Source of the DNA: Candidatus Enterousia sp.
Lineage (GTDB): Bacteria > Pseudomonadota > Alphaproteobacteria > Rs-D84
Assembly (NCBI GenBank): GCA_045114635.1
Contig: JBGUKY010000007.1
Coordinates: 4,628-68,627, forward strand
Reading direction: 5' to 3'
Length of the DNA stretch: 64,000 nt
This document shows positions 17,261 to 26,740 of the stretch, in pieces. A program made the translations under genes and the position numbers. The number at the start of each line of letters is the position of its first letter. The first letter of the stretch is position 1. Under the pieces are notes generated by a model, which searched no databases, was not told the DNA's origin, and saw nothing but the letters and a program-made list of their open reading frames with translations.

Positions 17261-17809
17261 ATGTCATCATTTATACAATTTATTAAACACCTTGTATCTG
17301 GAAACACACCACAAGGAATTAAATGCAGAACTATTGCTTCTATCATTATAACCATTGCTGTTCTTGTCATAGAAATTGTTGTGTATTACACACATTGGGA
17401 TTCTATTCCAGATATGATTCAATATGATTACGATTTGTCCGGCATAGCCAATAACATTTGTGAAAAAAAGTGGATAATATATAACCTTGGTTTGCAAATG
17501 TTCATTTGTGCTTTTGTGTTTATAGCAAGGCATTTTTCATACAAAATAAAACGCATTCATAACATTGTTTATGATAAACACAACAAACTAATTCCGATTA
17601 TCAACAAACGTTTTTCTATGTTTGCCTGGGAAACAGCGATGCTTTTTGTGACAACAGAACAAGGTTATGTTTTCGCCCTTATAGATATTATCAAGGATCG
17701 CACGGCTGATAATATTGTAACGATATTATTCCTGTTCTGGTTTATAATGCTTGTATTTGAATTTCGTCGTGATTTAAAATTATTAAAAGCCGGAATCAAA
17801 AAAGATTAA
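17261..17809 (+). CDS. Integral membrane protein, unknown function
   Basis: 182 aa with RBS aggaga before the ATG and about four hydrophobic helices. The YTHWDSIPDMIQYDYDLSG loop is reminiscent of DUF1648-type proteins (weak). Confidence 0.6.
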   Translation: MSSFIQFIKHLVSGNTPQGIKCRTIASIIITIAVLVIEIVVYYTHWDSIPDMIQYDYDLSGIANNICEKKWIIYNLGLQMFICAFVFIARHFSYKIKRIHNIVYDKHNKLIPIINKRFSMFAWETAMLFVTTEQGYVFALIDIIKDRTADNIVTILFLFWFIMLVFEFRRDLKLLKAGIKKD

Positions 17810-17821
17810 ATCATAATATAC

Positions 17822-17846
17822 AAAAACCGCCCAAACGGGCGGTTTT
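17822..17846. terminator. Bidirectional intrinsic terminator
   Basis: aaaaaCCGCCCaaacGGGCGGtttt between convergent genes. Confidence 0.8.
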
Positions 17847-17867
17847 GTATAAACAGTTTACATTCAA

Positions 17868-18146
17868 TTATCTGGTTTTTTGGTTTTTGTACAACAATGC
17901 ACTGGCACCAGCCAAAGCAGCTAAACCTATCCAAGTCATAGCTTTTGTTGTTTTTGGTGAAGCAATATCGTCAGTAGAATACAATTCATATCCAACACGT
18001 TCATTTTCATATTCTGCCTCATCACGATAATCGTCTGTCCCTGCAGCACTAAGCGCCAACAACGAACCAACACCGAATAAAATACCTGCCGCAACATTTC
18101 TTGCTTTGTGTGCTTGTTGTTTTTTCATAATTTCTTGTTGTGTCAT
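17868..18146 (-). CDS. Small two-TM membrane protein
   Basis: The track ORF starts at 18194, inside a TTGACA..TATTAT promoter. ATG 18146 (MTQQEIMKKQ) follows a strong RBS aaggggg. The hydrophobic segments are AAGILFGVGSLLALSAAG and WIGLAALAGASALLY. Confidence 0.55.
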   Translation of the reverse strand: MTQQEIMKKQQAHKARNVAAGILFGVGSLLALSAAGTDDYRDEAEYENERVGYELYSTDDIASPKTTKAMTWIGLAALAGASALLYKNQKTR

Positions 18147-18317
18147 TTGTGCCCCCTTTTGTTTTTTATTTTTCATACTAAAAATATAATACAAAAAAAT
18201 ATATTGTCAAGTATTTTGTGCTTTATTACAAAATTATAAGAACACTGTAAAAAATCGCTTTCTTTTGTAGAAACCGTGTACTACACTACCCTTTGTCAAT
18301 AACAAAGGTCGTACAAA

Positions 18318-18890
18318 ATGAATGTTATTAAAACTGAAATTGATGGGGTTTATATTATTGAACCAGCAGTCTTCAAAGATGCCCGTGGGTATTTTATGGA
18401 AAGTTTTAACTTTCAACAACTTGTTGATAGTGGTGTTATCAAAACTGATTGTCGCTTTGTACAAGATAATGAATCTGAATCTTCTTATGGTGTGATACGC
18501 GGTTTACATATGCAATTACCACCATATAATCAGGCTAAATTGGTTCGTGTTGTACAAGGCAAAGTGATAGACGTGGCTGTTGATGCGCGCCCTTGGTCAA
18601 AAACATTTGGAAAATATGTTGCTGTTGAATTGTCAGACAAAAACAAAAGGCAACTGTTTGTACCACACCTTTTCTTACACGGGTTCGCAGTGGTAAGCAA
18701 AAAAGCAAGATTCCTTTACAAGGTCGATGATGTTTACAATAAGCAATCTGAATTCGGTATCAGATATGATGATCCCCAGGTAAATATAGATTGGCAAAAA
18801 TTGACTGGTATTCCTGCTGATAAAATCATTACTTCTGAAAAAGACAGATTGGCAAATACATTGAAAGATTTAGCGCAAAGGTTAAGATAA
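18318..18890 (+). CDS. rfbC: dTDP-4-dehydrorhamnose 3,5-epimerase
   Basis: 190 aa: IDGVYIIEPAVFKDARGYFMESFN...GLHMQ...KLVRVVQGKVIDVAVD...LHGF, the typical RmlC cupin pattern. Confidence 0.85.
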   Translation: MNVIKTEIDGVYIIEPAVFKDARGYFMESFNFQQLVDSGVIKTDCRFVQDNESESSYGVIRGLHMQLPPYNQAKLVRVVQGKVIDVAVDARPWSKTFGKYVAVELSDKNKRQLFVPHLFLHGFAVVSKKARFLYKVDDVYNKQSEFGIRYDDPQVNIDWQKLTGIPADKIITSEKDRLANTLKDLAQRLR

Positions 18891-19313
18891 ATGGCAGAAG
18901 GAAAAATCGTTCGTGTTGGTGTTGGCTGTTGGATATTTAATCCAAAAGGTCAAGTTTTGCTTGGCAAAAGATTGTCTAAACATGGGACTGGGACTTGGGC
19001 GCCTCCGGGTGGACATTTGGAATTTGGCGAAACACCACAACAGTGTGCTGCACGTGAAGTGTTTGAAGAAACAGGCCTTGAAATACCAACAGATAAAATC
19101 ACGCCTTTTGCTATCACTAATGATGTTTTTGAAACCGAAGACAAACATTATGTAACTATCCATTGTCATACACACTATAATAATGGTGTTGCTCATTTCA
19201 TAGAGGTCAAAGAAAAAGACAAATGCGAAACTTGGAAATGGTTTTATTTGAACAATCTTCCGTCGCCTTTGTTCTTGTCTGCAAAAAATCTTTTGAAACA
19301 AAAATCTTTGTAA
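18891..19313 (+). CDS. NUDIX hydrolase
   Basis: A perfect Nudix box, [23 protein letters not shown] (GX5EX7REUXEEXGU). The start codon abuts the rfbC stop. Confidence 0.85.
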   Translation: MAEGKIVRVGVGCWIFNPKGQVLLGKRLSKHGTGTWAPPGGHLEFGETPQQCAAREVFEETGLEIPTDKITPFAITNDVFETEDKHYVTIHCHTHYNNGVAHFIEVKEKDKCETWKWFYLNNLPSPLFLSAKNLLKQKSL

Positions 19314-19348
19314 AAATATACTTGTGTGATAAAGCAAAAAAAATTACA

Positions 19349-20254
19349 ATGTACAGTATGAAGAAAAGGATTCTTGTTTTCATTGCATGTATGTTGTCTG
19401 TCTCGGGCGCGATGGCCGTGAATAACTATGTTCCAAAAAAGTTTAATACTGTCACTTCACATGGCGATGTTTACCCATACGTTTTGAATAATACAAAGAC
19501 CAGCACAAACGCCAAAGATATATCTGCAACAACATCATCAAGACGTGCTGTTGTTCCACGTTCTAATGCCGCACGTGCAACAACTATTACAACATCTCAA
19601 CCTCGTCGTGTTATTCAACGTTCTAACACAAGTGCACGCGCAGCAACAAGCACTACACCTGTACGTACAAATCGTAATGTGAACGCACGATCTGCAAACT
19701 CACAAAGTTTGAACACGGCTGTGGTTCGTGCCGCAAACGCAACCTCTATTGCCACTACAGAAAGACCATCTTCACAACGTTGTATGTCAGATTATAAAGA
19801 ATGCATGGAAGGATACTGCAAACGTGAAGATACAGCATATAATCGTTGCTATTGCAGCGCTAAACTCGCACAAATCGATGCGAAATACCAAAATAAAATA
19901 GATGAATTGATTCAACAAATTATCCGTTTACAATACAGTTCGACCACAACAAGCGAAGAAATAAAAGAATATTGGGATCAAACTGTGGGGGCTTATACTG
20001 GTGATAATCCATGGACAAATATAGATAACGCATTAAACATAGATTGGGCTGATACACAAAGTCGTATCCGCGGTCAAAATGCTTTCAATACTGGACATCA
20101 ATATTGTACCCAACATTTACGCGCCTGTTATTATATGGCATCAAATTTACGTGATGCGTACAAATCTGAAATCGCACGTGATTGCGAAACTTATGAAAAG
20201 AGTCTGCAAAAAATTCAAGATGCAGCAGAAAGTGTTATAGAGAGTTATAAATGA
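19349..20254 (+). CDS. Secreted protein: basic Arg/Ser/Asn/Ala/Thr repeats plus a C-terminal Cys-motif domain related to operon genes 1-2
   Basis: ATG 19349 gives the signal peptide MYSMKKRILVFIACMLSVSGAMA/V. Three basic repeats are RRAVVPRSNAARATT, RRVIQRSNTSARAAT and RTNRNVNARSANS. Next comes CMSDYKECMEGYCKREDTAYNRCYC. Confidence 0.7.
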   Translation: MYSMKKRILVFIACMLSVSGAMAVNNYVPKKFNTVTSHGDVYPYVLNNTKTSTNAKDISATTSSRRAVVPRSNAARATTITTSQPRRVIQRSNTSARAATSTTPVRTNRNVNARSANSQSLNTAVVRAANATSIATTERPSSQRCMSDYKECMEGYCKREDTAYNRCYCSAKLAQIDAKYQNKIDELIQQIIRLQYSSTTTSEEIKEYWDQTVGAYTGDNPWTNIDNALNIDWADTQSRIRGQNAFNTGHQYCTQHLRACYYMASNLRDAYKSEIARDCETYEKSLQKIQDAAESVIESYK

Positions 20255-21093
20255 TAAAGTTCCTTGGGGTTGAATACAGTCGTGGTGCAACGGCTAAGAT
20301 AATGGATGGGGGGCCAGCTTTGGCTCCGCGCACAGTTCAAAAAATGTTTCCTGCTGATGACTGGAAAATTATAACATCTGGTAAAATCAGCACAGAAGAA
20401 TGTGCCAAAGATAGATTCCTTGATGCTTTTAATGTGCACAAAAAAATATATAAAAACACACCACACGAAAAACATATTTTTATTGGTGGCGACCATAGTG
20501 TAAACTTTTCACATTTTGCAGCGATTGCGGATCAATATCCAGACGAAGATATATGTTTAATTTATTTTGATGCACATTTCGATATTCACACACCAGAAAG
20601 TTCTAAACGCGAAGCCACAGGATCGCCACATGGAACTAATGTGCGACATCTTCTTGGCGAAGGCGATGAACGTTGGTTATCTTTACAAAAAAAAGTACCT
20701 TCATTAAAACCTGAAAATCTATTTTTTATTGGGTCACGTTCTTTTGAACCTTCGGAACTTCAATTTGTAAAAGACAGTAATATTTTTTACCGCACATCGG
20801 CACAATTAAGAACACCATCAGATTGGAAACATGCTTTCGACGCTATTCGAGCACGAATCGGCAACAAGAAATTTGTTGTATCTTTTGATTTTGATGGAAT
20901 TGATCCAAAAATATTCAAAGATGTTTGGGTGCCAGAACACGATGGATTATCACTTGATTGTGCACGTAATTTCGTAAACGAGTTTCGTGATGCACTTAAT
21001 TTTGAATTTGTTGAATATGCTGTTTCTGGCGACACGCAAAGCGAAAATATCGTTCGCGAATTGATCGGTATAATCGCAAAAACATTTGACTAA
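20251..21093 (+). CDS. Arginase/agmatinase/formiminoglutamase-family ureohydrolase
   Basis: GGDHSV, DAHFDIHTP, GSPHGTN and SFDFDGIDP are the family Mn-binding motifs. An ATGA overlap joins it to the upstream gene. Confidence 0.75.
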   Translation: MIKFLGVEYSRGATAKIMDGGPALAPRTVQKMFPADDWKIITSGKISTEECAKDRFLDAFNVHKKIYKNTPHEKHIFIGGDHSVNFSHFAAIADQYPDEDICLIYFDAHFDIHTPESSKREATGSPHGTNVRHLLGEGDERWLSLQKKVPSLKPENLFFIGSRSFEPSELQFVKDSNIFYRTSAQLRTPSDWKHAFDAIRARIGNKKFVVSFDFDGIDPKIFKDVWVPEHDGLSLDCARNFVNEFRDALNFEFVEYAVSGDTQSENIVRELIGIIAKTFD

Positions 21094-21272
21094 TTTTCGC
21101 ATTTCAAATTATGTTTATATATATTGCGGGCTAAATCATCACTTATATTTTCCCAATCTGATGTGTGACCATAAATAATTTCACAATTACAAAGCGCCCT
21201 AGTCTGCGATTGTGTATTTATCGCGCAAGATGCGACGAATATCAGCCACCCCAGTTTTATAAACCGTATCAT
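21090..21272 (-). CDS. Small lipoprotein (60 aa)
   Basis: MIRFIKLGWLIFVASC has a lipobox-like VASC. The mature part is about 45 aa with 4 Cys. It overlaps the upstream small gene by 74 nt in another frame. Confidence 0.45.
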   Translation of the reverse strand: MIRFIKLGWLIFVASCAINTQSQTRALCNCEIIYGHTSDWENISDDLARNIYKHNLKCEN

Positions 21273-21426
21273 TTACAATCCTTTCGTTTGTTTTATTTTG
21301 GTTGTTGGTATTTATTTGATTTTGAAAATGCCCTATTTCACATTTTGAATTACCAACGCTTAACCCATAAAAATATGCACCAACAGTTATGGCGCACATC
21401 AACATTATTAAATATATTTTTGTCAT
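21199..21426 (-). CDS. Small N-terminally anchored membrane protein (75 aa)
   Basis: ATG 21426 gives MTKIYLIMLMCAITVGAYFYG (TM) followed by a polar Asn/Gln-rich tail ending VADIRRILRDKYTIAD. Confidence 0.45.
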   Translation of the reverse strand: MTKIYLIMLMCAITVGAYFYGLSVGNSKCEIGHFQNQINTNNQNKTNERIVNDTVYKTGVADIRRILRDKYTIAD

Positions 21427-21438
21427 TATATTTCCCAC

Positions 21439-21466
21439 TAAAAAACCGCCATGATGGCGGTTTTAT
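21439..21466 (-). terminator. Intrinsic terminator after rho
   Basis: Minus strand reads aaataaaaCCGCCatcatGGCGGtttttt immediately after the rho stop. Confidence 0.8.
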
Positions 21467-22735
21467 TTATTGATTCATCGAATTAAAGAAATCTTCATTC
21501 GTTTTGGTCAATCTTAATTTATCCAACAAGAACTCCATTGCTTCCAATGTGCCCATAGGATTTATAATACGACGCAAAACATACATTTTTGATAAAGTAT
21601 CTTTTGAAACCAACAAATCTTCTTTACGTGTACCAGACTTTGTAATATCTATTGCAGGATACACACGTTTATCAGATAATTTGCGATCCAAAATAATTTC
21701 ACTGTTACCTGTTCCTTTGAATTCTTCGAAAACAACCTCGTCCATCTTGGAACCTGTATCAATCAAAGCTGTTGCGATAATAGTCAAAGACCCACCACCT
21801 TCGATGTTACGTGCAGCACCAAAGAAACGCTTTGGTCTTTGCAACGCATAAGCATCAACACCACCTGTTAACACCTTACCACTTGATGGAACAACTGTAT
21901 TATACGCACGTCCCAAACGGGTAATAGAGTCAAGCAATATAACAACATCTTGACCTGCTTCGACCAAACGTTTTGCTTTTTCAATAACCATTTCAGCAAC
22001 CTGGATATGACGTGTTGCAGGTTCATCGAAAGTCGAAGAAATAACTTCACCACGAACACTGCGTTGCATATCAGTAACTTCTTCTGGACGTTCGTCAATC
22101 AAAAGCACAATCAATTTCACATCTGGATAATTTGTTGCGATTGAATGAGCAATGTTCTGTAACATGACTGTTTTACCAGTTCTTGGTGGCGCAACAATCA
22201 AAGAACGTTGTCCCTTTCCGGTTGGTGAAATCAAGTCAATTACACGTGCAGACAAATTGCGTCCCTTGTCTGTATCGTTAACGACTTCCATTTGTAATTT
22301 TTCATCTGGATATAATGGGGTCATATCATCAAAAGAAATACGATGACGCAATTTTTCAGGGTCTTCACCATTAACACGTTCAATCGTTTCCAATGCAAAA
22401 TAACGTTCAGATTCATTTTGTGGTGCCTGGATTTGACCTTCGACATAATCACCTGTCTTTAATCCGTACTTTTTAATTAAATTAGGTGAAACATACAAAT
22501 CATCTGGTCCTGCCAAATAATTGCTTTCCGGGGCGCGCAAGAAACCAAAGCCATCCGGCATACGTTCCAAAACACCGTCACCAATCAAAACAATAGATTT
22601 ATCAGCAGCGTAAACACGCATAACCGCGAAACGCAACTGTTGAACGTTTAATTGAGAAGGATTTTCAATCCCCATATCTTCAGCCATCTTCAACAACTGT
22701 TGAGGAGACTTTGTCTTTAATTCATTTACATGCAT
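21467..22735 (-). CDS. rho: Transcription termination factor Rho
   Basis: 422 aa. N-terminal [26 protein letters not shown]-binding GFGFLR, Walker A PPRTGKT and the C-terminal ATPase pattern. Confidence 0.95.
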   Translation of the reverse strand: MHVNELKTKSPQQLLKMAEDMGIENPSQLNVQQLRFAVMRVYAADKSIVLIGDGVLERMPDGFGFLRAPESNYLAGPDDLYVSPNLIKKYGLKTGDYVEGQIQAPQNESERYFALETIERVNGEDPEKLRHRISFDDMTPLYPDEKLQMEVVNDTDKGRNLSARVIDLISPTGKGQRSLIVAPPRTGKTVMLQNIAHSIATNYPDVKLIVLLIDERPEEVTDMQRSVRGEVISSTFDEPATRHIQVAEMVIEKAKRLVEAGQDVVILLDSITRLGRAYNTVVPSSGKVLTGGVDAYALQRPKRFFGAARNIEGGGSLTIIATALIDTGSKMDEVVFEEFKGTGNSEIILDRKLSDKRVYPAIDITKSGTRKEDLLVSKDTLSKMYVLRRIINPMGTLEAMEFLLDKLRLTKTNEDFFNSMNQ

Positions 22736-22791
22736 AAAAAAACCTTTTTGTGGAAATCGCGAACGAAGAATTCCGTCGCTTTGATAACATA

Positions 22792-22820
22792 ATTATAGAG
22801 AAAAACAGAGAAAAAGTCAA
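22792..22820 (-). promoter_or_regulatory. Sigma-70-type promoter proximal to rho
   Basis: Minus strand TTGACT-17 nt-TATAAT, about 55 nt upstream of the rho ATG. Confidence 0.6.
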
Positions 22821-22826
22821 GGAGAA

Positions 22827-22854
22827 CAAAAAGCGGCCCGAACAAACAGACCGC
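22827..22854 (-). terminator. Intrinsic terminator of the small upstream gene
   Basis: Minus strand GCGGUCuguuuguucgGGCCGCuuuuug, 16 nt after the small-ORF stop. Confidence 0.6.
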
Positions 22855-22869
22855 AAAAACACATGAATA

Positions 22870-23004
22870 TTAGGAATATTGTTGATCTTTTGGAGCAACA
22901 ATAGTATTACCACCAAGCTTTTTTATACTGGCATTCAATTTTTCCATAATATCCACCCTTTTCTGGGCTTTTTTTATTCCTTTACTAAAATCTTTATCTG
23001 CCAT
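22870..23004 (-). CDS. Candidate small protein (44 aa), below the ORF-track cutoff
   Basis: Own translation: MADKDFSKGIKKAQKRVDIMEKLNASIKKLGGNTIVAPKDQQYS. RBS aaaagg sits 8 nt upstream. It has its own promoter (23048-23076) and terminator (22827-22854). Confidence 0.45.
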   Translation of the reverse strand: MADKDFSKGIKKAQKRVDIMEKLNASIKKLGGNTIVAPKDQQYS

Positions 23005-23047
23005 TTTTAATACCTTTTACGCTTTTATCTCTCTATCAATTAACCCT

Positions 23048-23076
23048 ATAATATACCAAACAAATATTTTTGTCAA
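23048..23076 (-). promoter_or_regulatory. Sigma-70-type promoter for the small ORF
   Basis: Minus strand TTGACA-17 nt-TATTAT. Confidence 0.55.
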
Positions 23077-23134
23077 GTATATTTGTCAATATTTTTTAAA
23101 ACTCTATTTCCTTGTTTATTTTCATATCTGTCCC

Positions 23135-24529
23135 CTATTTGTTGCACTCTTCGCATTCGTCTGTTTCAGAATATTCTTCCACGACGATTGGCGCAGGTTG
23201 CACAGGTTCTGTATACTGAACTTCTTTTACAACACGAACTCGACGGTTTTCAGCATTTGGTGTATTGTTTGGTGTTGGAATCTTCAAATCTTCTTCACCG
23301 GCAGACACAGCAATAATCTGTGAAGAAGGTATACCATATTCAATCAACATCTTTTGAACGGCCTCTGCCCTGCGACCACCCAATGCATAGTTATAAGAAC
23401 TTGATCCAGCAGTATCGGTATGCCCAACCACAGAAACCTTTACATTTTTATTTGCCTGGGTTGTTGCGGCCAACTTTCTGATAATATCTTCGTATTCTGG
23501 TTTGATTGCTGATTTATCAAAATCAAATCTTACTTCAAAGATTTCTTCCATAACACGTTGTTTCGGTTCTAATGGAATCTGTTGAACCTTGATAACAGTT
23601 TTATTATCAATAGTTTGTGGTTTATCACCCATACCATCCAAACGGGCATTTATCGCAGCCAATTCAGCGCGCATTGCCATCATCATATCAACAAATTCAT
23701 CCCTTGATACAAAATCACCCTTCGGACTTTCGGATTCTGTAGCATTGATAACATCATCGCCTGATGTTGAATTTTCATCACCGCCATAAATATTTTGATT
23801 GAACACCATTGGTTGAACAGGAACAGGTTGAACCAGATTAGCTGGTATATTTACATTGTTAACTATCACGACACCTTCACGAGAACGAGAAACACCAGCC
23901 ATCGCATTCAAACGACGTGTTTCAGGATAATATTTTTCTTCTGCTACTTTTGGTGTAAGATTTTCAGATTTTACACGTGTTGGTGCAACTACTTTCCCCA
24001 TTGCACATTCTTTCAATGTTCTCAAAGAATGTTGGAAACGAGCCTTGCACTCCTTTGCTGTTGCATTTTGATCACTTGACGCAGCAGCTATCCAACAATC
24101 AAATTTAGCCTGGGCTTCAGCGGCAAGTTGAGGTTGTATAATAGAAGCATCGTCTTTTAATTCTTCAATTAAATCGTTATAAGCCGCATAGATTTCATAT
24201 TTTTCGCTTTCATTGTCAATTTGCCAATTATCCAATGATTCAGGAAAAGGTGTTTCACCAGAAAACGCCCCAATAGATTTTTGTGCAAACAATTCAGCAA
24301 TATCTGGGTAACCACTTGTTCTTGCATTATAAATTGCAAACGAACGGTAATTCATTGCCAATTGATTCAAAAAGGAATCTTGATGAGGAGCATCATTAAC
24401 ATTAAGGTTTTCCACATATTCAACCGCAGGCATTTCATATTCTGTGTATTCATTTTCGGTTCCAACACAGCCCGCAACAGCGATACATGCAACCAAAGAT
24501 AAAGTTGATACATAGTATTTGTTTCTCAT
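23135..24529 (-). CDS. OmpA-family peptidoglycan-binding lipoprotein
   Basis: MRNKYYVSTLSLVACIAVAGC is the lipobox. The C-terminal OmpA domain is VRFDFDKSAIKPEY...VGHTDTAGSSSYNYALGGRRAEAV...NRRVRVV. Confidence 0.85.
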   Translation of the reverse strand: MRNKYYVSTLSLVACIAVAGCVGTENEYTEYEMPAVEYVENLNVNDAPHQDSFLNQLAMNYRSFAIYNARTSGYPDIAELFAQKSIGAFSGETPFPESLDNWQIDNESEKYEIYAAYNDLIEELKDDASIIQPQLAAEAQAKFDCWIAAASSDQNATAKECKARFQHSLRTLKECAMGKVVAPTRVKSENLTPKVAEEKYYPETRRLNAMAGVSRSREGVVIVNNVNIPANLVQPVPVQPMVFNQNIYGGDENSTSGDDVINATESESPKGDFVSRDEFVDMMMAMRAELAAINARLDGMGDKPQTIDNKTVIKVQQIPLEPKQRVMEEIFEVRFDFDKSAIKPEYEDIIRKLAATTQANKNVKVSVVGHTDTAGSSSYNYALGGRRAEAVQKMLIEYGIPSSQIIAVSAGEEDLKIPTPNNTPNAENRRVRVVKEVQYTEPVQPAPIVVEEYSETDECEECNK

Positions 24530-24594
24530 AATAATTCCCTTTCCTTGTTTTATATCATACTAATTATACATTTTTTTCAAAATCTAGTAAAGCG

Positions 24595-24620
24595 AAAAAG
24601 CACACGATTGTGTGCTTTTT
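24595..24620 (-). terminator. Intrinsic terminator
   Basis: aaaaaGCACACgattGTGTGCttttt downstream of the 24639 gene. Confidence 0.75.
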
Positions 24621-24638
24621 AACAAAAAATTTCAGATA

Positions 24639-25424
24639 TTATTTATCTAACATTTGGGTTGCCATACTACCAAGTGAAGGCAACATAGATTTAAAATCAC
24701 CGCTGCCACCCATCGAAGATACAGTTTCCAATACAGATGCAGTTCCTGCGGCACCGCTTGATTGTCCAACACTGCCAAGTGTTTGCGTCAAGAAACCGCC
24801 ATATAATTCACGCTTTGCTGCTTTAAGTTTGGAATCAGAGCAACGCAAAGCCTTTTCTTTTATCTTTGCGACTTTCTTGGCTTCTGATTTTGTATAGTCT
24901 TCATCAGAAAATGGTATTTTACCAAAAATATCGTAAATATTGGAAACAGTTGTGCATTTTTTACTGTTGCCATCTTCGCACTTTTGTGCGGAACTTACTT
25001 TCGGAAAATCTTGCCATATAGTTTCTATGTCTGCAGAACTGTGGAAAGTATCGTAACAACCTTTGCCTTCGTCATCATCGCGTATACATTCACTATATCC
25101 ATCTTTTTGAAGTTTTCCCAAACCGCTTGCGGCGGATTCAGCAGTTGTTTCACCTAATTTCGCCCATTCTTTAACCAAATCATTGACTGTACTTATTTCA
25201 TCAGATGTTGGTGCACAATCAGCACTTAATTGTTGTTGTTGCGCATTCAATGTCTGAACGCTGCTAACAAGGCCAAGAACCGTAGGCACCAAACTGGTTG
25301 CAGATTCAACCTTGTCCACCTTTTTAGTTGCAACAGGCGCAGCCTTTTTGACATTGACAGCAGCCTGTGATACAGACATCACAGCAAACGTGGCAATTGC
25401 AAAGATAGATAAAATCTTCTTCAT
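24639..25424 (-). CDS. Secreted hypothetical protein
   Basis: 261 aa with signal peptide MKKILSIFAIATFAVMSVSQA/A, six Cys and a Gly/Ser-rich C-terminal part. No recognisable domain. Confidence 0.6.
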   Translation of the reverse strand: MKKILSIFAIATFAVMSVSQAAVNVKKAAPVATKKVDKVESATSLVPTVLGLVSSVQTLNAQQQQLSADCAPTSDEISTVNDLVKEWAKLGETTAESAASGLGKLQKDGYSECIRDDDEGKGCYDTFHSSADIETIWQDFPKVSSAQKCEDGNSKKCTTVSNIYDIFGKIPFSDEDYTKSEAKKVAKIKEKALRCSDSKLKAAKRELYGGFLTQTLGSVGQSSGAAGTASVLETVSSMGGSGDFKSMLPSLGSMATQMLDK

Positions 25425-25509
25425 CTCTCTCTAATGTATTATATCACAAAAAAAAGATTATATAAATATAAAAATTGCATTTTTATTTATAAATGGCTAC
25501 ACTGTCATT

Positions 25510-25989
25510 ATGCAACAAAATCAACGCAATTTTATAATTATATCAAAACACAAACGGCTTACCCGCCTTTGGCAATTTTTCTTTACTGGCTGGGGCTTGG
25601 TCATGGTTGTTGTATTGGTGGCCGCGTCACTTTTAACAAAACAAATATTATGGACACCGATAAGTGCGATCAATATGCACGACATCGTTACAAACCAATT
25701 CAAAATGACAAATGCATATTTTGTTGGCACAGACAAAGACAGCAACCCTTTCAAGATTTACGCACAAACAGGCCGTAAAGAATATAACAAACCTGATATA
25801 ATCTTTCTTGAAAAACCATCTGGAAATATTGTGCGCGTAACAGATAATAAAAAAATAACCGATAAAATCTCTGCAACAACTGGACAATTTAACCTTAAAA
25901 GTAAACTATTAAAGTTAAAGGGCAAGGTTCGTGTTGATTCGAGCACTGGCGATAAAATTTTAACAGACGAAATGGTGATACAATTATGA
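25510..25989 (+). CDS. lptC: LptC-like LPS export protein (membrane-anchored)
   Basis: 159 aa with one N-terminal TM (WQFFFTGWGLVMVVVLVAASLL) and a beta-rich periplasmic part. An ATGA overlap joins it to lptB. The call rests mainly on position. Confidence 0.5.
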   Translation: MQQNQRNFIIISKHKRLTRLWQFFFTGWGLVMVVVLVAASLLTKQILWTPISAINMHDIVTNQFKMTNAYFVGTDKDSNPFKIYAQTGRKEYNKPDIIFLEKPSGNIVRVTDNKKITDKISATTGQFNLKSKLLKLKGKVRVDSSTGDKILTDEMVIQL

Positions 25990-26717
25990 TAAAAAAATCT
26001 GTATTAAAAGTAGAACATTTATCAAAAAATTATGGAAAACGTGTCGTATTACGCGATATATCCATGATTGCAAATCAGGGCGAATCCGTTGGATTACTTG
26101 GTCCAAACGGCGCCGGCAAGACAACCGCGTTCTATTGTATTACTGGACAACTTGCTGCATCCAGCGGTCAAATATTTTTGAATTCCCAAGATATTACACA
26201 CCTGCCCTTTTATCAACGTTCACGCCTTCACATTGGATATTTACCCCAGGAAAACAGTGTGTTTCGTGGTCTTTCTGTCGAAGATAATATTATGGCTGTT
26301 CTTGAAATAGTCGAACCGAATCGTCAAAAACGCGAAGAAAAATTGAACGCATTGCTTAACGAATTTTCAATTGAATTCTTACGCAAAAGTCCTGCGACTG
26401 CATTATCTGGTGGCGAACGTCGTCGTGTTGAAATTGCACGTGCCTTGGCTAACGATCCTAAATTTATTTTATTAGACGAACCTTTCGCAGGAATTGATCC
26501 TATTGCTGTAAATGAAATTCGTGAACTGGTGTCTCAATTAAAACATCGTGGACTTGGCGTTATTATTACCGACCACAATGTTCGTGAAACACTTGGAATT
26601 ACAGATCGCAGTTATGTGTTACATGATGGAATGATTTTAAAACACGGAACAACTGACGAAATCGTGAAAGACGAAATGGTTAAAAAAGTTTATTTGGGCG
26701 AAAACTTCACTATGTAA
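25986..26717 (+). CDS. lptB: LPS export ABC transporter ATP-binding protein LptB
   Basis: Walker [10 protein letters not shown], signature [15 protein letters not shown] and Walker [13 protein letters not shown]. About 243 aa, as for LptB. Confidence 0.85.
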   Translation: MIKKSVLKVEHLSKNYGKRVVLRDISMIANQGESVGLLGPNGAGKTTAFYCITGQLAASSGQIFLNSQDITHLPFYQRSRLHIGYLPQENSVFRGLSVEDNIMAVLEIVEPNRQKREEKLNALLNEFSIEFLRKSPATALSGGERRRVEIARALANDPKFILLDEPFAGIDPIAVNEIRELVSQLKHRGLGVIITDHNVRETLGITDRSYVLHDGMILKHGTTDEIVKDEMVKKVYLGENFTM

Positions 26718-26740
26718 TTTTAATAAAAGGACGGATAGAT

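Noticed and set aside
22722-22916. The 64-aa track ORF upstream of and overlapping the rho start
   Set aside because: It spans an intrinsic terminator and the TTGACT-17-TATAAT rho promoter, and overlaps the rho start codon. Its sequence is Leu/Phe/Ser-rich nonsense. The 44-codon ORF further upstream is the better-supported gene.
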